Notes: generated by a model from the letters alone, not told the origin. A stretch of DNA of 50,600 nucleotides from Candidatus Thorarchaeota archaeon (GCA_016840855.1 JAEORO010000008.1:1-50600); one strand, 5' to 3'. Counted from the first letter of the stretch, positions 9,244-19,155 are shown. Numbers and translations are program-made.

Positions 9244-12168
9244 ATGATGACCAAGAAAAAAGAAAATACAGGTCTCAAAGGCAACCCACTCTGGTCACTT
9301 GGTTATGCCCTCACTTCAATCAAGAATTATAGAGTTCGCAACATTGGCATTGCATTGGTTCTTGCAATATGTGTGGCTGTCCCTACAACTATATTCGCTT
9401 GGACGAACACTGGTTCTCGTATGGCGGTTGAAACGTATTTTGATGAGAACTCGTACCAGTTCAGTATTCAAAATTCTCCAGGAGAATATGACTACTCGCA
9501 TCTATTTAATGCCCAAAACCTCATAATGTCTAGTCCGTACGCAGAGTATGCACATATCACTCCTAGCACCGTTGGTATATTGAGAATAGAAGGTATAACT
9601 CCAAACTGGGATGCATATGGCATAAACTGGCCCAACTATGAATATGGTGTCAAAGACAGTCGTGTAGTCATTGTTGATAATGAAATTCTTGATGTTTGGT
9701 CCAACGATATTGAAATTACAGGTAATAAAACACTAAATCCGGGTGAGGTTCTGGTATCTCGGCGATTCATAGAATTGGCAGAGGATATGATGCAACGGAC
9801 TTTGAGTGTTGACATTGAGCTTGATATCGGTTCTGAGATTAGTATAGACATTCTTCGCACATTCTATTATCCAGCACCAGGAATGCCATTTGATCCACTC
9901 CTACTTAATCGTTTGATTGTCAGAAATCTCACGATTGCAGGAATCTACGATTTCACGCGCCCCTCTGTTATCCTTGGATCCTTCTCGTCAATAAGTAGAG
10001 GTAACTATATTGTTTCATCTCCAACCAGCGTTTTGGGACTTACTGATTCCATACTGATCTTAAAAGATGATGTTGGAGCTGAATCTGTTCAAAGAATCAC
10101 TGATGAAGGATTCTTCTCTCCAGTTGAGTTTGTTCGTGGTTCAGTAGAAGGTCTCATTAAAGATGGAGTGACTAATGCAGCTCGAAACCTGCAAAACCTA
10201 AAGATACAGATTGAGGAAAGCGACGAGGTTCTATCTGTTTACGGTTTAGAGAATATTGAACGATTACAGACGCATATCTCTACATACCTCGCAAGTCAAG
10301 TTTTGATAATTCTCGCAATTCCAATAATGATTATGGGTTTGATGCTCACAATTTTTACATCAGAAACCTCTATTGCTCAACGAAAGGGTGAAATCAGCGC
10401 CCTCCGTGCAAAAGGCGCATCCTTCAACCAGATATTTTCTGCAGTTATCTGGGAGTCCCTTGTTTTATCAATACTAGGCCTATTTGCTGGTATTGGACTA
10501 TCACTCTTGGCTGCTCCATTAATGGGTTCTTCGACTGGCTTGTTGACATTCGATTCTGTTCGATACAGCATCTTCTTTTCAAAGATAATCATTCCACCAC
10601 ACGCCCTCGCCCTAGCTGCAACGATTGCACTTTTCCTCCCAGCAGCCTATCTCCTTCACGTTGCTCGGAGAATCGATGTGGCTGAGATCGGACAACCGAC
10701 TATACGGCTAACTTATGAGGTTCCTGAAGAAGTCAACATTTGGTACTATGTTTTGGGTCTTGGTGGTACACTCTCAATCCTACTCATAGTCCCAATTCTG
10801 TTCAATCCAGTTGGACGTATCGCATTTATTGAGATACTCGTTGCCACAGCATTACTATTCATTGCGTCCTATCTTGGCTCACGAGCCACACGACTAGTCA
10901 CAGCAAAAGCATCTGAAAGGATGAGTTGGTTATTGGGTGAGAAGAGATTATATCTCACCCAAAGCCTGAGAAGACGGAAAGGTCAGTTCATTCCTCTGTT
11001 AGTAATCCTGACATTGACACTCACTACAACAACAATGATGCTTATCCAGACAGCGAGCTTTGAAGACACAATTCAGAATGAGGCAATCTATGCTCTCGGC
11101 TGTGATATTCGTATTGAAATCCCAGAACAGCCTCTAAGCTGGGCTAATACAATTGAGGGGTACGGAGGTGTAGTGAGTGCGACTCCGGTTATCGAAGCGC
11201 TGTCCTATGTTGGATCGGAAGCAATCTATCTAGAGGGATTGGATATAAGCGACTATAGCGGGATGGGTTACTTTAGACCTTCCAGTTTCGTGAGTGGTTC
11301 TTCTGGTGAAACCTTGGCCGCTCTTGATGCTGTAGAGAATGGCATTATTATCAGCACATATCACATGAATCTCTGGAATGTTACACTTGGAGATACATTG
11401 ACTATCCGAGTTTCTGTAGTAGGTAGTATGATTGATGTCAATTTTGAAGTAGTTGGGATTATGACGAGTGCTCCGGGTTTTGGAATGGCGTCCACTCGTG
11501 ATCTTGGAGGTGTTCCATTTGGAGCTTACTTCGAGTTTCAACCTGGTCGAGGAGGTTTTGCCCTAGTCAATATCGATTATCTGAAGGACTCTGCTGGATA
11601 CACTACCTCGAAAGTCTTCTTTGTAGACACGACTTCAGTCACAGATGCAGCGGAACTGATTGAGGATGTCAGTGCAATTCCATACTCATCTGTCTATACG
11701 AGCGATACAATTGAGTTCGGCGCTGACACTGTTACAGGACTTTTCCTTGCTGGTATCGAAGGTCTTACCTTGTTCAGTTTCATAATGTGTGCGAGTATGG
11801 CGATAGCAGCAATTGCTCTCTTCTTGGGTTCTGCAGTATTAGAACGAGAACCTGAATATGCATTATTCCGTGCGATTGGAGGAACTAAGAAGCAGATAGT
11901 TGCACTTGTGTTTGGCGAGTTTGCAGGTAGCGTGCTAGCTACCGTACTTGCCAGTCTTATTCTTGGAGTATTATTTGGCTATACAATGGCTTTGCTAACA
12001 TTTGGAATATCCTCAGTGTGGCCAATTCTCCCAAAAGTTATGACGTTTCCACTCTTTGTCATGTTCCTTACAGTGGCACTCGAGTGTGTAGTAATGATTG
12101 TGACTTGTTACTTCCCAGCCAGAAGAGCTGGTAACACAAGTCCAGCTGATGTATTGAGAAATATGTGA
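9244..12168 (+). CDS. ABC transporter permease with two FtsX-like domains (paralog of the previous gene)
   Basis: QRKGEISALRAKGAS, EREPEYALFRAIGG, PARRAGNTSPADVLRNM; collinear with 6337..9237. Confidence 0.88.
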   Translation: MMTKKKENTGLKGNPLWSLGYALTSIKNYRVRNIGIALVLAICVAVPTTIFAWTNTGSRMAVETYFDENSYQFSIQNSPGEYDYSHLFNAQNLIMSSPYAEYAHITPSTVGILRIEGITPNWDAYGINWPNYEYGVKDSRVVIVDNEILDVWSNDIEITGNKTLNPGEVLVSRRFIELAEDMMQRTLSVDIELDIGSEISIDILRTFYYPAPGMPFDPLLLNRLIVRNLTIAGIYDFTRPSVILGSFSSISRGNYIVSSPTSVLGLTDSILILKDDVGAESVQRITDEGFFSPVEFVRGSVEGLIKDGVTNAARNLQNLKIQIEESDEVLSVYGLENIERLQTHISTYLASQVLIILAIPIMIMGLMLTIFTSETSIAQRKGEISALRAKGASFNQIFSAVIWESLVLSILGLFAGIGLSLLAAPLMGSSTGLLTFDSVRYSIFFSKIIIPPHALALAATIALFLPAAYLLHVARRIDVAEIGQPTIRLTYEVPEEVNIWYYVLGLGGTLSILLIVPILFNPVGRIAFIEILVATALLFIASYLGSRATRLVTAKASERMSWLLGEKRLYLTQSLRRRKGQFIPLLVILTLTLTTTTMMLIQTASFEDTIQNEAIYALGCDIRIEIPEQPLSWANTIEGYGGVVSATPVIEALSYVGSEAIYLEGLDISDYSGMGYFRPSSFVSGSSGETLAALDAVENGIIISTYHMNLWNVTLGDTLTIRVSVVGSMIDVNFEVVGIMTSAPGFGMASTRDLGGVPFGAYFEFQPGRGGFALVNIDYLKDSAGYTTSKVFFVDTTSVTDAAELIEDVSAIPYSSVYTSDTIEFGADTVTGLFLAGIEGLTLFSFIMCASMAIAAIALFLGSAVLEREPEYALFRAIGGTKKQIVALVFGEFAGSVLATVLASLILGVLFGYTMALLTFGISSVWPILPKVMTFPLFVMFLTVALECVVMIVTCYFPARRAGNTSPADVLRNM

Positions 12169-12178
12169 GGAAGTAGAA

Positions 12179-13210
12179 ATGAATACGACAATAGAATCCG
12201 AAGAAAGACTCGACCTCTACAGTGAACTGCCAGATGATGTAGTAGTCAGTGTAAATGACTGTTACAAAATATACAAGGCGCAGGAATTGGAAGTGGTCGC
12301 TCTCAGTGGTGTGTCTCTCCAAATTCTTGAAGGCAAGATAATGGCAGTCGTGGGCCCGAGCGGGTCTGGTAAGACAACCCTGATCAATGTGATAGGCGGT
12401 ATAACAAAAGCCACTGTTGGTAAAGTGTATTGGGCTAATCTAAGGACAGACATCACAAAACTAAGTGAGAAGATACTTACTGAAGCCAGACGGAATTTCA
12501 TTGGATTCCATTTCCAGCTGAACAATCTACTCCCGCATCTTAATGCTTGGCAAAATATCGAGCTTGCAGCAAGGATTGCTGGTGTTCCTAGACAAATTCG
12601 GAAAGAGCGAGTAAACAGACTCATCAAGCTTGTCGGACTTGAAGAACGAAAGCGTAACAAAGCCACCACACTCAGTGGGGGTGAGAAGTCACGGGTAGCA
12701 ATTGCTAGCGCGCTCGTTAACCTCATAGATACTGAAGGAAAAGGCCTTGTCTTGTGTGATGAACCAACCGGTGATCTGGACCCTGAAACTGGTGAACGAA
12801 TACTCGATTTGTTCCAAGAGCTTAACGAAACTATTGGGACATCATTCTTCATCGTCACCCACAGTCAGCAAGTAGCTTCTAAAGCTGACATCACGGTTGA
12901 GCTCCGTGATGGAGTTATCTCTGGTTTTCATCAAGCGGGAATTGATCTCGACATGCTTGACACAACTAGAATCGTCCGTTTGGATGATAAACACAGGTTG
13001 CCCATGCCTACAGACTTGCTGGATATCGCTGGCAACCCAAGGGAGTTCAAGCTTAACTACAGGGATAATAAGTTCATCTTGGAGCCTCAAACAGGTGAAG
13101 TTGTTAATCAAATGCGAGAGAAAAAGGTCAGGATTTGCCGAGTTTGCGGTTCAGATATTCCTGCTGGCAAATTCATCTGTCCGAACTGTGGTAGTCAAGT
13201 CACAGTGTAG
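12179..13210 (+). CDS. ABC transporter ATP-binding protein (LolD-like) with C-terminal AbrB-like and zinc-ribbon extension
   Basis: GPSGSGKTT, LSGGE, LCDEPTGDLD, VTHS; tail IVRLDDKHRLPMP and CRVC-x10-CPNC. Confidence 0.88.
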   Translation: MNTTIESEERLDLYSELPDDVVVSVNDCYKIYKAQELEVVALSGVSLQILEGKIMAVVGPSGSGKTTLINVIGGITKATVGKVYWANLRTDITKLSEKILTEARRNFIGFHFQLNNLLPHLNAWQNIELAARIAGVPRQIRKERVNRLIKLVGLEERKRNKATTLSGGEKSRVAIASALVNLIDTEGKGLVLCDEPTGDLDPETGERILDLFQELNETIGTSFFIVTHSQQVASKADITVELRDGVISGFHQAGIDLDMLDTTRIVRLDDKHRLPMPTDLLDIAGNPREFKLNYRDNKFILEPQTGEVVNQMREKKVRICRVCGSDIPAGKFICPNCGSQVTV

Positions 13211-13218
13211 TATCAAAC

Positions 13219-13716
13219 TCAATAACGGCTCGGTTCTGGCGAGTCACTTCTCTTGAATAGAGAAACAAGCTGTTCGATACAAATCCAGGTGTCCATGTAT
13301 TTGCGTATGATACGTCGTTCTCTTTTCAAAGTCTTGACTCCACTCAGCTGTAACTCTTTGTCGATGAGCTTGTGGATTTCCCTGCCTTTCTTATCAAAAT
13401 CTGTAAGGATTAATACCTGTCCATCCTTTCCTGCCTTGGCAACTATTTCCTCTACCAGTTTATACCTAGGTAGTCTGGTCTGAGTTTTAATTATAGGCGC
13501 TTTGAGACCTAGACTTCGAAGCACAGTCGCATCTCGTTTTCCCTCGACGATGACAAGTAAATTTTGGTATTTTGAATCAAGTGTTTCTATGGTTTCAATC
13601 AGAGCTCTTTCATTCTCAGTCAGTCTTCTAGACTGTCTGAGTTCAATAGCCGCGGTTCTAGCAATCTCAGCTTTCCCGCGCAACGAATCATTGTTCTCTT
13701 CGGTCAATTGTGACAC
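13219..13716 (-). CDS. Small TOPRIM-domain protein
   Basis: VIVEGKRD and ILTDFDKKG TOPRIM motifs. Confidence 0.85.
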   Translation of the reverse strand: MSQLTEENNDSLRGKAEIARTAAIELRQSRRLTENERALIETIETLDSKYQNLLVIVEGKRDATVLRSLGLKAPIIKTQTRLPRYKLVEEIVAKAGKDGQVLILTDFDKKGREIHKLIDKELQLSGVKTLKRERRIIRKYMDTWICIEQLVSLFKRSDSPEPSRY

Positions 13717-13726
13717 CGGACATAGA

Positions 13727-14770
13727 TTATGGTGTTATCGCTACCTTCATACTTTGCCCTTCATTCATTAGTTCCAATGCTTCTCTGATTCTCTCTAATT
13801 TCATCTCGTGCGATATTAGAAGTTCTGTGTTTACATCTCCTGCAATGATGAGTTTGAGTGCTTGGTCCACATGTCTCGGTTTTAGGTGAAAGACCCCTTT
13901 AATTGTCAGCTGACCATAATGAAATCTCACTGTGTCTACTTCGAACTTAGTTCCTGAAGCAGCGCCTCCAAATAGGACGGTAGTCCCAGCATCTCGTGTC
14001 ATCTCTACTGCTTGTTCCCAGGTCTGAGGTATACCCACTGCTTCAATAACAACATCCGCACCAAAACCGGAGGTTTCTTGCTTGACTCGTTCTACTGGGT
14101 TCTCTTTCGATGGATCAATGATTATGTCTGCTCCAGCTTTCTTTGCGATATCTCTCCGAAGTTCTGCAAGGTCTGCAGCTATCACAGTAGAAGCACCATG
14201 TTTCTTTGCCAACATAATCAACATCTGTCCGATGGGACCAGCTCCGATGACTGCAACAGTGTCTCCCAGTTTAATGTTGGACTCCTCAATTCCATGAACA
14301 ACACATGCCAATGGCTCTGTGAGTGCTGCATCTCGAAAAGCAAGTGATTCAGGAATCTGATGGGTGTTCCACCTGACTACCGGTGCTGGAACTCGGATGT
14401 ACTCCGCAAAAGCTCCGTTTACAAGGCTGTCTTTCAGACTGGCGCAAAGATTTGGCATGTCCCGTTTACAAAAGAAACAATCACCACAGGGAGCTGAGTT
14501 AGTAGCAACAACTCGCATTCCAGATTCGAAGTCCTTCACGCCTTCCCCTACTTCTTCAATGGTTCCTGCATATTCATGGCCAAAGAGGGCTGGAGTGTGT
14601 TTGATCAAAATTGGATGTCCTCTTTTGTAAGTCTTAACATCAGTTCCACATGTCAATGCTGTACCAACTTTGACCAATAGTTCTCCTGGACCAATCTCAG
14701 GTATATCGGTTTCTTCATACCGAACATCACCGATATCATAGTACATTGCAGCCTTCATCTTGCGAAACAT
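13727..14770 (-). CDS. Zn-dependent alcohol/polyol dehydrogenase (MDR family)
   Basis: CGTD, GHE, CGDCFFC..C structural Zn site, GAGPIG. Confidence 0.9.
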   Translation of the reverse strand: MFRKMKAAMYYDIGDVRYEETDIPEIGPGELLVKVGTALTCGTDVKTYKRGHPILIKHTPALFGHEYAGTIEEVGEGVKDFESGMRVVATNSAPCGDCFFCKRDMPNLCASLKDSLVNGAFAEYIRVPAPVVRWNTHQIPESLAFRDAALTEPLACVVHGIEESNIKLGDTVAVIGAGPIGQMLIMLAKKHGASTVIAADLAELRRDIAKKAGADIIIDPSKENPVERVKQETSGFGADVVIEAVGIPQTWEQAVEMTRDAGTTVLFGGAASGTKFEVDTVRFHYGQLTIKGVFHLKPRHVDQALKLIIAGDVNTELLISHEMKLERIREALELMNEGQSMKVAITP

Positions 14771-14878
14771 GAGCCAATTCCCAAAGCAATGTTTCCTAGT
14801 CTGTTTAAATCACTTCCTGAGTGTCTAACCACAATGCTTAATCACAATGAACCAAAGCCTGAGAATGGGCGGACTGTC

Positions 14879-15331
14879 ATGCGAGTCAAGTCAAAATATC
14901 CAGAGCACATGGAGTATCAAGCAACAAGCGTGTGGGATGGAAAGACTGGTGGAACAATCACTGTTAGTGATGGCCACCAAATTGAATACGACACTCCAAA
15001 GAGGTATGCTGGACGCGGAGAGGGTATCTGTCCCGATGAGATTTTTGTTTCATCAATACTTGGATGCCTGAATAATACCTTCTTGGATTTTCAACGTCGA
15101 TTCGAAATGAATCTTAAATCTCTCAAGTTGCAGGGGACAGCATCTGCAAAATTTGACGGAGAGGGCTACAAGATTACTGGATTCAAAGTGTCTGGTGAGG
15201 TTATTGTTGGTGAAGATGAGCTCGAGACAGGAAAACGTTGTGTAGAGCTAATGAAGAAGTTCTGTCATATAACTCGAACAATAAAAGATTGTATCCCTTT
15301 TGAGTATGCAATTTCAGTTTTTGAAGAATGA
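14879..15331 (+). CDS. OsmC/Ohr family protein
   Basis: GICPDEIFVSSILGC...KKFCHIT conserved Cys pair; likely start ATG 14879 (ORF extends to 14789). Confidence 0.82.
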   Translation: MRVKSKYPEHMEYQATSVWDGKTGGTITVSDGHQIEYDTPKRYAGRGEGICPDEIFVSSILGCLNNTFLDFQRRFEMNLKSLKLQGTASAKFDGEGYKITGFKVSGEVIVGEDELETGKRCVELMKKFCHITRTIKDCIPFEYAISVFEE

Positions 15332-15332
15332 G

Positions 15333-15824
15333 TCATGTTTCAAGTTTTTTCATCAGTTCCGCAATTCTTGACATGTATTCCTCAATGTTTGTCCATTGCC
15401 CGCCTTGAAAGAAGACGCTTTTACAGTATTTACATAGCCAGAACTCAGTGTAGTAGTTAAATGTCTGCTCTGGCACAAGCCCTTCTATTCGTTGTTTCTC
15501 GTCATTCTTGATATGAGTCAAGATACCATTGCATTTCGTACATCGTGATTTGGCTGGATCTGCATCTGGTTTGATTCCAAATTTCAAGAAGACGCTTGCA
15601 ATCTCTTCATCGACACTTCCTCTTACTAGCATGAATTCAAGTCCTGCGTCCTCTGCTCGTCTTGCTAGAATAGCATCCGAAGTCAATAGAATTCTGCTTT
15701 GTTCTTTTGCTATTCGTATGAGCTCATCATCATGCAACTGGGTGGAATAGAATGTATCATTGCCTGTGAGTCGTAACCAGGCTGCCAGCTTTCCTAACAT
15801 TGCATCTACAATGAACATCATCAT
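15333..15824 (-). CDS. Mut7-C RNase / PIN-like protein (DUF82)
   Basis: FIVDAMLGKLAAWLRLTG, RILLTSD, SRCTKCNG, FWLCKYC...GG.W. Confidence 0.88.
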   Translation of the reverse strand: MMMFIVDAMLGKLAAWLRLTGNDTFYSTQLHDDELIRIAKEQSRILLTSDAILARRAEDAGLEFMLVRGSVDEEIASVFLKFGIKPDADPAKSRCTKCNGILTHIKNDEKQRIEGLVPEQTFNYYTEFWLCKYCKSVFFQGGQWTNIEEYMSRIAELMKKLET

Positions 15825-16726
15825 GAAGTGTCACCAAAAATAAGATGTTCTGCATTTCTCCACATGACTCTCTCAATCTCATCCTCTCTGATTTGCTTGT
15901 ATCCTTGATCTAAAAGCTCTGAAGGAATCTGAAGTCCGGTGAAGAATGTGACCCATTTCTTTAGGGACATTGTGTATTCGAACAGCGGAAAATCACTCCC
16001 AAAGTGCATACGATTGGGGAACACTCTCAATATCTTAGCATCAGCAATCATCTGGTACAGTTTCATTGGGACTGTAGCTGCAAAGCTCTGCCAACCAGAA
16101 ACATCAACCGATACGTTTGGATTCTTTGAGGCAATCATCAGCGTTTCATCTTGCCATGGATACCCTACATGAGCAAGTACTATTTTCAGATCTGGAAAGT
16201 CTGCAGCAACTCTATCTACATAGACGGGTCTGGCATATTTTACGTGTTTGTGTCTTGGAGTGAATCCTTGGTGTATAATAATTGGTATATCCAAGTCAGC
16301 ACAAAGCTTGTAATATGGATCAAACTCTTTATCGTCTGGATAGAACCCATTTGGTGGATACATCTTCCATCCTCTGCATCCCTTCTCTTTCACTGCACGC
16401 TCTAATTCTTTCAGTCCTACGTCTCCTCTTCTTGGATCAAGTCCAACAAATGTCATTATGTTCGGATCATCTTGTACCTCTTTGGCATGCCAATCGGTCT
16501 TCTCTGTCAACGATAATGGCATTTTTTGGTGAAATCCACTATCAATGGGAAGAATGACTGCCCTCTCGATTCCACTTTCATTCATTGCCTTTCGAAGAGT
16601 TTCAATTGTAGAGTCAAGGACCGGCTCGACGCCCAATCTTTCAGCAGCAACGAGGCGTGATTCCCTATCTCTCTCGCTGATGATATCCCTTGACCAAGTA
16701 TGAGTATGAATATCAATTACTTTCAA
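15821..16726 (-). CDS. Amidohydrolase family (Amidohydro_2) protein
   Basis: IDIHTH, GWKMYP, IIIHQG, LAHVG.PW, FGSDFP. Confidence 0.88.
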   Translation of the reverse strand: MKVIDIHTHTWSRDIISERDRESRLVAAERLGVEPVLDSTIETLRKAMNESGIERAVILPIDSGFHQKMPLSLTEKTDWHAKEVQDDPNIMTFVGLDPRRGDVGLKELERAVKEKGCRGWKMYPPNGFYPDDKEFDPYYKLCADLDIPIIIHQGFTPRHKHVKYARPVYVDRVAADFPDLKIVLAHVGYPWQDETLMIASKNPNVSVDVSGWQSFAATVPMKLYQMIADAKILRVFPNRMHFGSDFPLFEYTMSLKKWVTFFTGLQIPSELLDQGYKQIREDEIERVMWRNAEHLIFGDTS

Positions 16727-16737
16727 GCAATCCCCTT

Positions 16738-17583
16738 CTAAATCTCATCATGAACTCTTTCGAGGTTTTCAACAACCTCGATTGAAACAGTGACTCCTCC
16801 AAGCTCCGTATAATGGATTGTTCCATGATAATCGCTTCCTCCAGTCTGAATGATATCTAAATCCTTGATAATCTCTCTCACCTCATCAGATGATCGATGT
16901 ATACCCAAGAAACTATAATCATAATCTACCTCAATACCCAAAAGCCCTACGTTCATGAGGGTTTGTATGAACGATAGCAAGTCTTGAACTCTGATAGTCA
17001 ATGGATGTGCCAGAACTGGCACGGCGCTGACTGACCTCAGGAGTTTGGTTGCTTCTAGTGCTGGCATTCGTTCTTTTTTCACATATCCTGGCTTATCATG
17101 GGCTAGATATTTTTGAAATGCTTCTTGTGTGGAACCAACAAATCCTTTCTTGACCAATAGCTGGGCAACATGAGGCCTTCCAGGACTTGAAACACCTACG
17201 ATGTCATCATAGAGTTCGTCTATGGAGATGTCAAGTCCCAAATCATTCAGTTTTTGAATCATCTTTGGAAGTCGGTTGTGTCTTGACGCTCTCAGATATT
17301 CCAATCTGTCGTTAAGAGGTTTGGAGTCAAGAGGCACGAAATACCCTAGTATATGGACCTCTCTACCTTCGTACTCAGCACTAATTTCAAGCCCTGAAAT
17401 ACGTTTCAAATCGTCTGATGCTTCAGCTCCCATGAGTTCTTGTATCCCATCAAGTGAGTCGTGGTCAGTTAGTGCAATACATCCAAGTTTCATTGCATCA
17501 GCTTTTCTGACCAGTTCTGATGGCGAATCACTTCCATCGGAAGCTGAGGAATGAATATGGAGGTCAGCACGGGCTCTCACCAT
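16738..17583 (-). CDS. PHP-domain phosphoesterase (TrpH/YciV-like)
   Basis: DLHIHSSASDG, ALTDHD, EVHILGY, GRPHVA, LAHP, GGSDYHG. Confidence 0.9.
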   Translation of the reverse strand: MVRARADLHIHSSASDGSDSPSELVRKADAMKLGCIALTDHDSLDGIQELMGAEASDDLKRISGLEISAEYEGREVHILGYFVPLDSKPLNDRLEYLRASRHNRLPKMIQKLNDLGLDISIDELYDDIVGVSSPGRPHVAQLLVKKGFVGSTQEAFQKYLAHDKPGYVKKERMPALEATKLLRSVSAVPVLAHPLTIRVQDLLSFIQTLMNVGLLGIEVDYDYSFLGIHRSSDEVREIIKDLDIIQTGGSDYHGTIHYTELGGVTVSIEVVENLERVHDEI

Positions 17584-17980
17584 GAGCAGCCTCCCACTGT
17601 AGTGTTTCTACAAGTCTTCGAACTTTGTGGCAAATCTTTCGTATTTCCTCACGAGATACGGTCTCACCTGATGGACAATCTTTATCGATAATGCACTTCC
17701 TTTTTCTCGCATCATAAATGATTGGATAGTATTTACAGCCTTCAGGTCTATTCTCGTAAATGCGACATAGTTTCGTTTTAGGGTCATAGAAGAAGCAGAT
17801 TCCATTTACATTTCTGAGTTCGCAGAATCCTGCATTCACGCGTACCATGAAGTCTTTTCTATTGTAACCCAATGCTTCAATCCTTTCAACATCTTCTCTT
17901 GTCAAGGTCATCTCAGTTTCAGTACAGCAGAAACGCACCTCTTCACAAGATCCGTCGTGGTTGCAAATAAAGGGGGTCAA
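17564..17980 (-). CDS. YkgJ family (CxxCxxCC) zinc/Fe-S protein
   Basis: C..CC...LTREDVERI, CFF...CRIYENRPEGCKYYP. Confidence 0.85.
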   Translation of the reverse strand: MTPFICNHDGSCEEVRFCCTETEMTLTREDVERIEALGYNRKDFMVRVNAGFCELRNVNGICFFYDPKTKLCRIYENRPEGCKYYPIIYDARKRKCIIDKDCPSGETVSREEIRKICHKVRRLVETLQWEAAHGESPC

Positions 17981-18000
17981 AGTATCTTATGCTCCTAGTG

Positions 18001-18077
18001 CATCGGTCAGATTGCGGTTTAATGGGTCATCACGCAGATGAGTCGTTCACCATCCCTACTTCATCATCATCCCGACA
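18001..18077 (-). ncRNA. Box C/D guide sRNA, D guide complementary to 16S rRNA
   Basis: Minus strand: UGUCGG stem, box C ATGATGA (18070-64), C' GTGATGA (18033-27), guide CCCATTAAACCGCAAT, box D CTGA (18010-07), CCGAUG stem. The guide is complementary to the conserved 16S segment UGCGGUUUAAU. Confidence 0.8.
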
Positions 18078-18125
18078 ATGATGAAATAGCTGGTGCTAGG
18101 CTAAATATGCTTTCCAAAGATGAAA

Positions 18126-18710
18126 TTACCCAGATCTTTTACTCCGATTATCATGAAGCCACACTATGACCGCTATCTCTGCGAAAATTCCTGCCAAAAG
18201 AACTCCTTCCAACTTGACGGGAGGTAGAGTTGGTTGTTTGAAGATCATCTCTTGCAAATCAACTGACCTCTCTAAACCTGTTTCTGTCCAACCGATCTCT
18301 ACAAGGACACCAGAGTCCTTGTCATAGCTTACATTCGCTGAACCACTTATTTGGAGTATACAAATCCAACAGTCATATCCATTCACTACCCATGACCCGG
18401 ATACCACCCCGCTATACTCGCCAATATCAACTGGACCTAAGAGTTCCCATGTGTCTGTATTCATCGCCAAAGGAATATCACAATAGTAATTCGCACTCAA
18501 AACCGCTCTCATGTTGTTACGACTTGTAACATAGTATAGAGTATCTAACCTCGATTCTGATGTCCAAACTGTACCACTAGTCAATACCATTTCATCGAAA
18601 TCATAGTATAGAGTCACACTCCCAAGCTCGTCTGGGTTGTCAGGAGGATTTCGGTAGATGATGAGTATACTAGCTGAACATACAAGAAGGATGCCAATAA
18701 CTACTATCAA
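18126..18710 (-). CDS. Hypothetical membrane-anchored protein
   Basis: Hydrophobic N- and C-terminal segments around a beta-rich domain; TTG start uncertain. Confidence 0.6.
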   Translation of the reverse strand: MIVVIGILLVCSASILIIYRNPPDNPDELGSVTLYYDFDEMVLTSGTVWTSESRLDTLYYVTSRNNMRAVLSANYYCDIPLAMNTDTWELLGPVDIGEYSGVVSGSWVVNGYDCWICILQISGSANVSYDKDSGVLVEIGWTETGLERSVDLQEMIFKQPTLPPVKLEGVLLAGIFAEIAVIVWLHDNRSKRSG

Positions 18711-18787
18711 GACTTTATTAGAAATCTTCTATCCCCATGATTGCTTTCCTTGTGAGGCTATAAATATGATGAACAAAATTGATGGAG

Positions 18788-19060
18788 CTAGATGTTTCTC
18801 CTAGCAAGTCGCCGAGATGGTGAGAGGTTCTCTGTCAAATCTTCGACATTTTCACCACTTGGAAGATTTTGAAGTGGAAGCCTTTTACCAGTGATCTTAA
18901 AGTAAGCGTTAGCCCGAACTGCGTGTATGTATGCCATCAAGTCATTTGGTTGAGATGCAGCACCAAGAAGCAAGGCACGTCGCTTCCCAAACACATCAAG
19001 AAGTTTTTCCATTATCTTCATTGCAGTTCTATCCAAAGTAATTTTCTCAGAATCGCACAA
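18788..19060 (-). CDS. Hypothetical protein
   Basis: 90-aa ORF filling the gap, divergent from ABCE1; no recognisable motif. Confidence 0.45.
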   Translation of the reverse strand: MCDSEKITLDRTAMKIMEKLLDVFGKRRALLLGAASQPNDLMAYIHAVRANAYFKITGKRLPLQNLPSGENVEDLTENLSPSRRLARRNI

Positions 19061-19155
19061 AAGGATTGTTATCGAGTCATTCGCACTCAGCCAAAGTGCT
19101 ATATACTCTCCAAAAACATCCTCCGATAGCTTCTCCGCAGGTGTTGACGCTTCAA

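Noticed and set aside
12262-12858. Long antisense ORFs (e.g. 12262..12858, 47162..47728, 31696..32121)
   Set aside because: Shadow frames fully opposite well-supported genes, with no motifs of their own.
18059-18086. Plus-strand hairpin TTCATCAT...ATGATGAA as a terminator or plus-strand sRNA
   Set aside because: Better explained as overlapping box C of the minus-strand C/D sRNA; no downstream CTGA on the plus strand.
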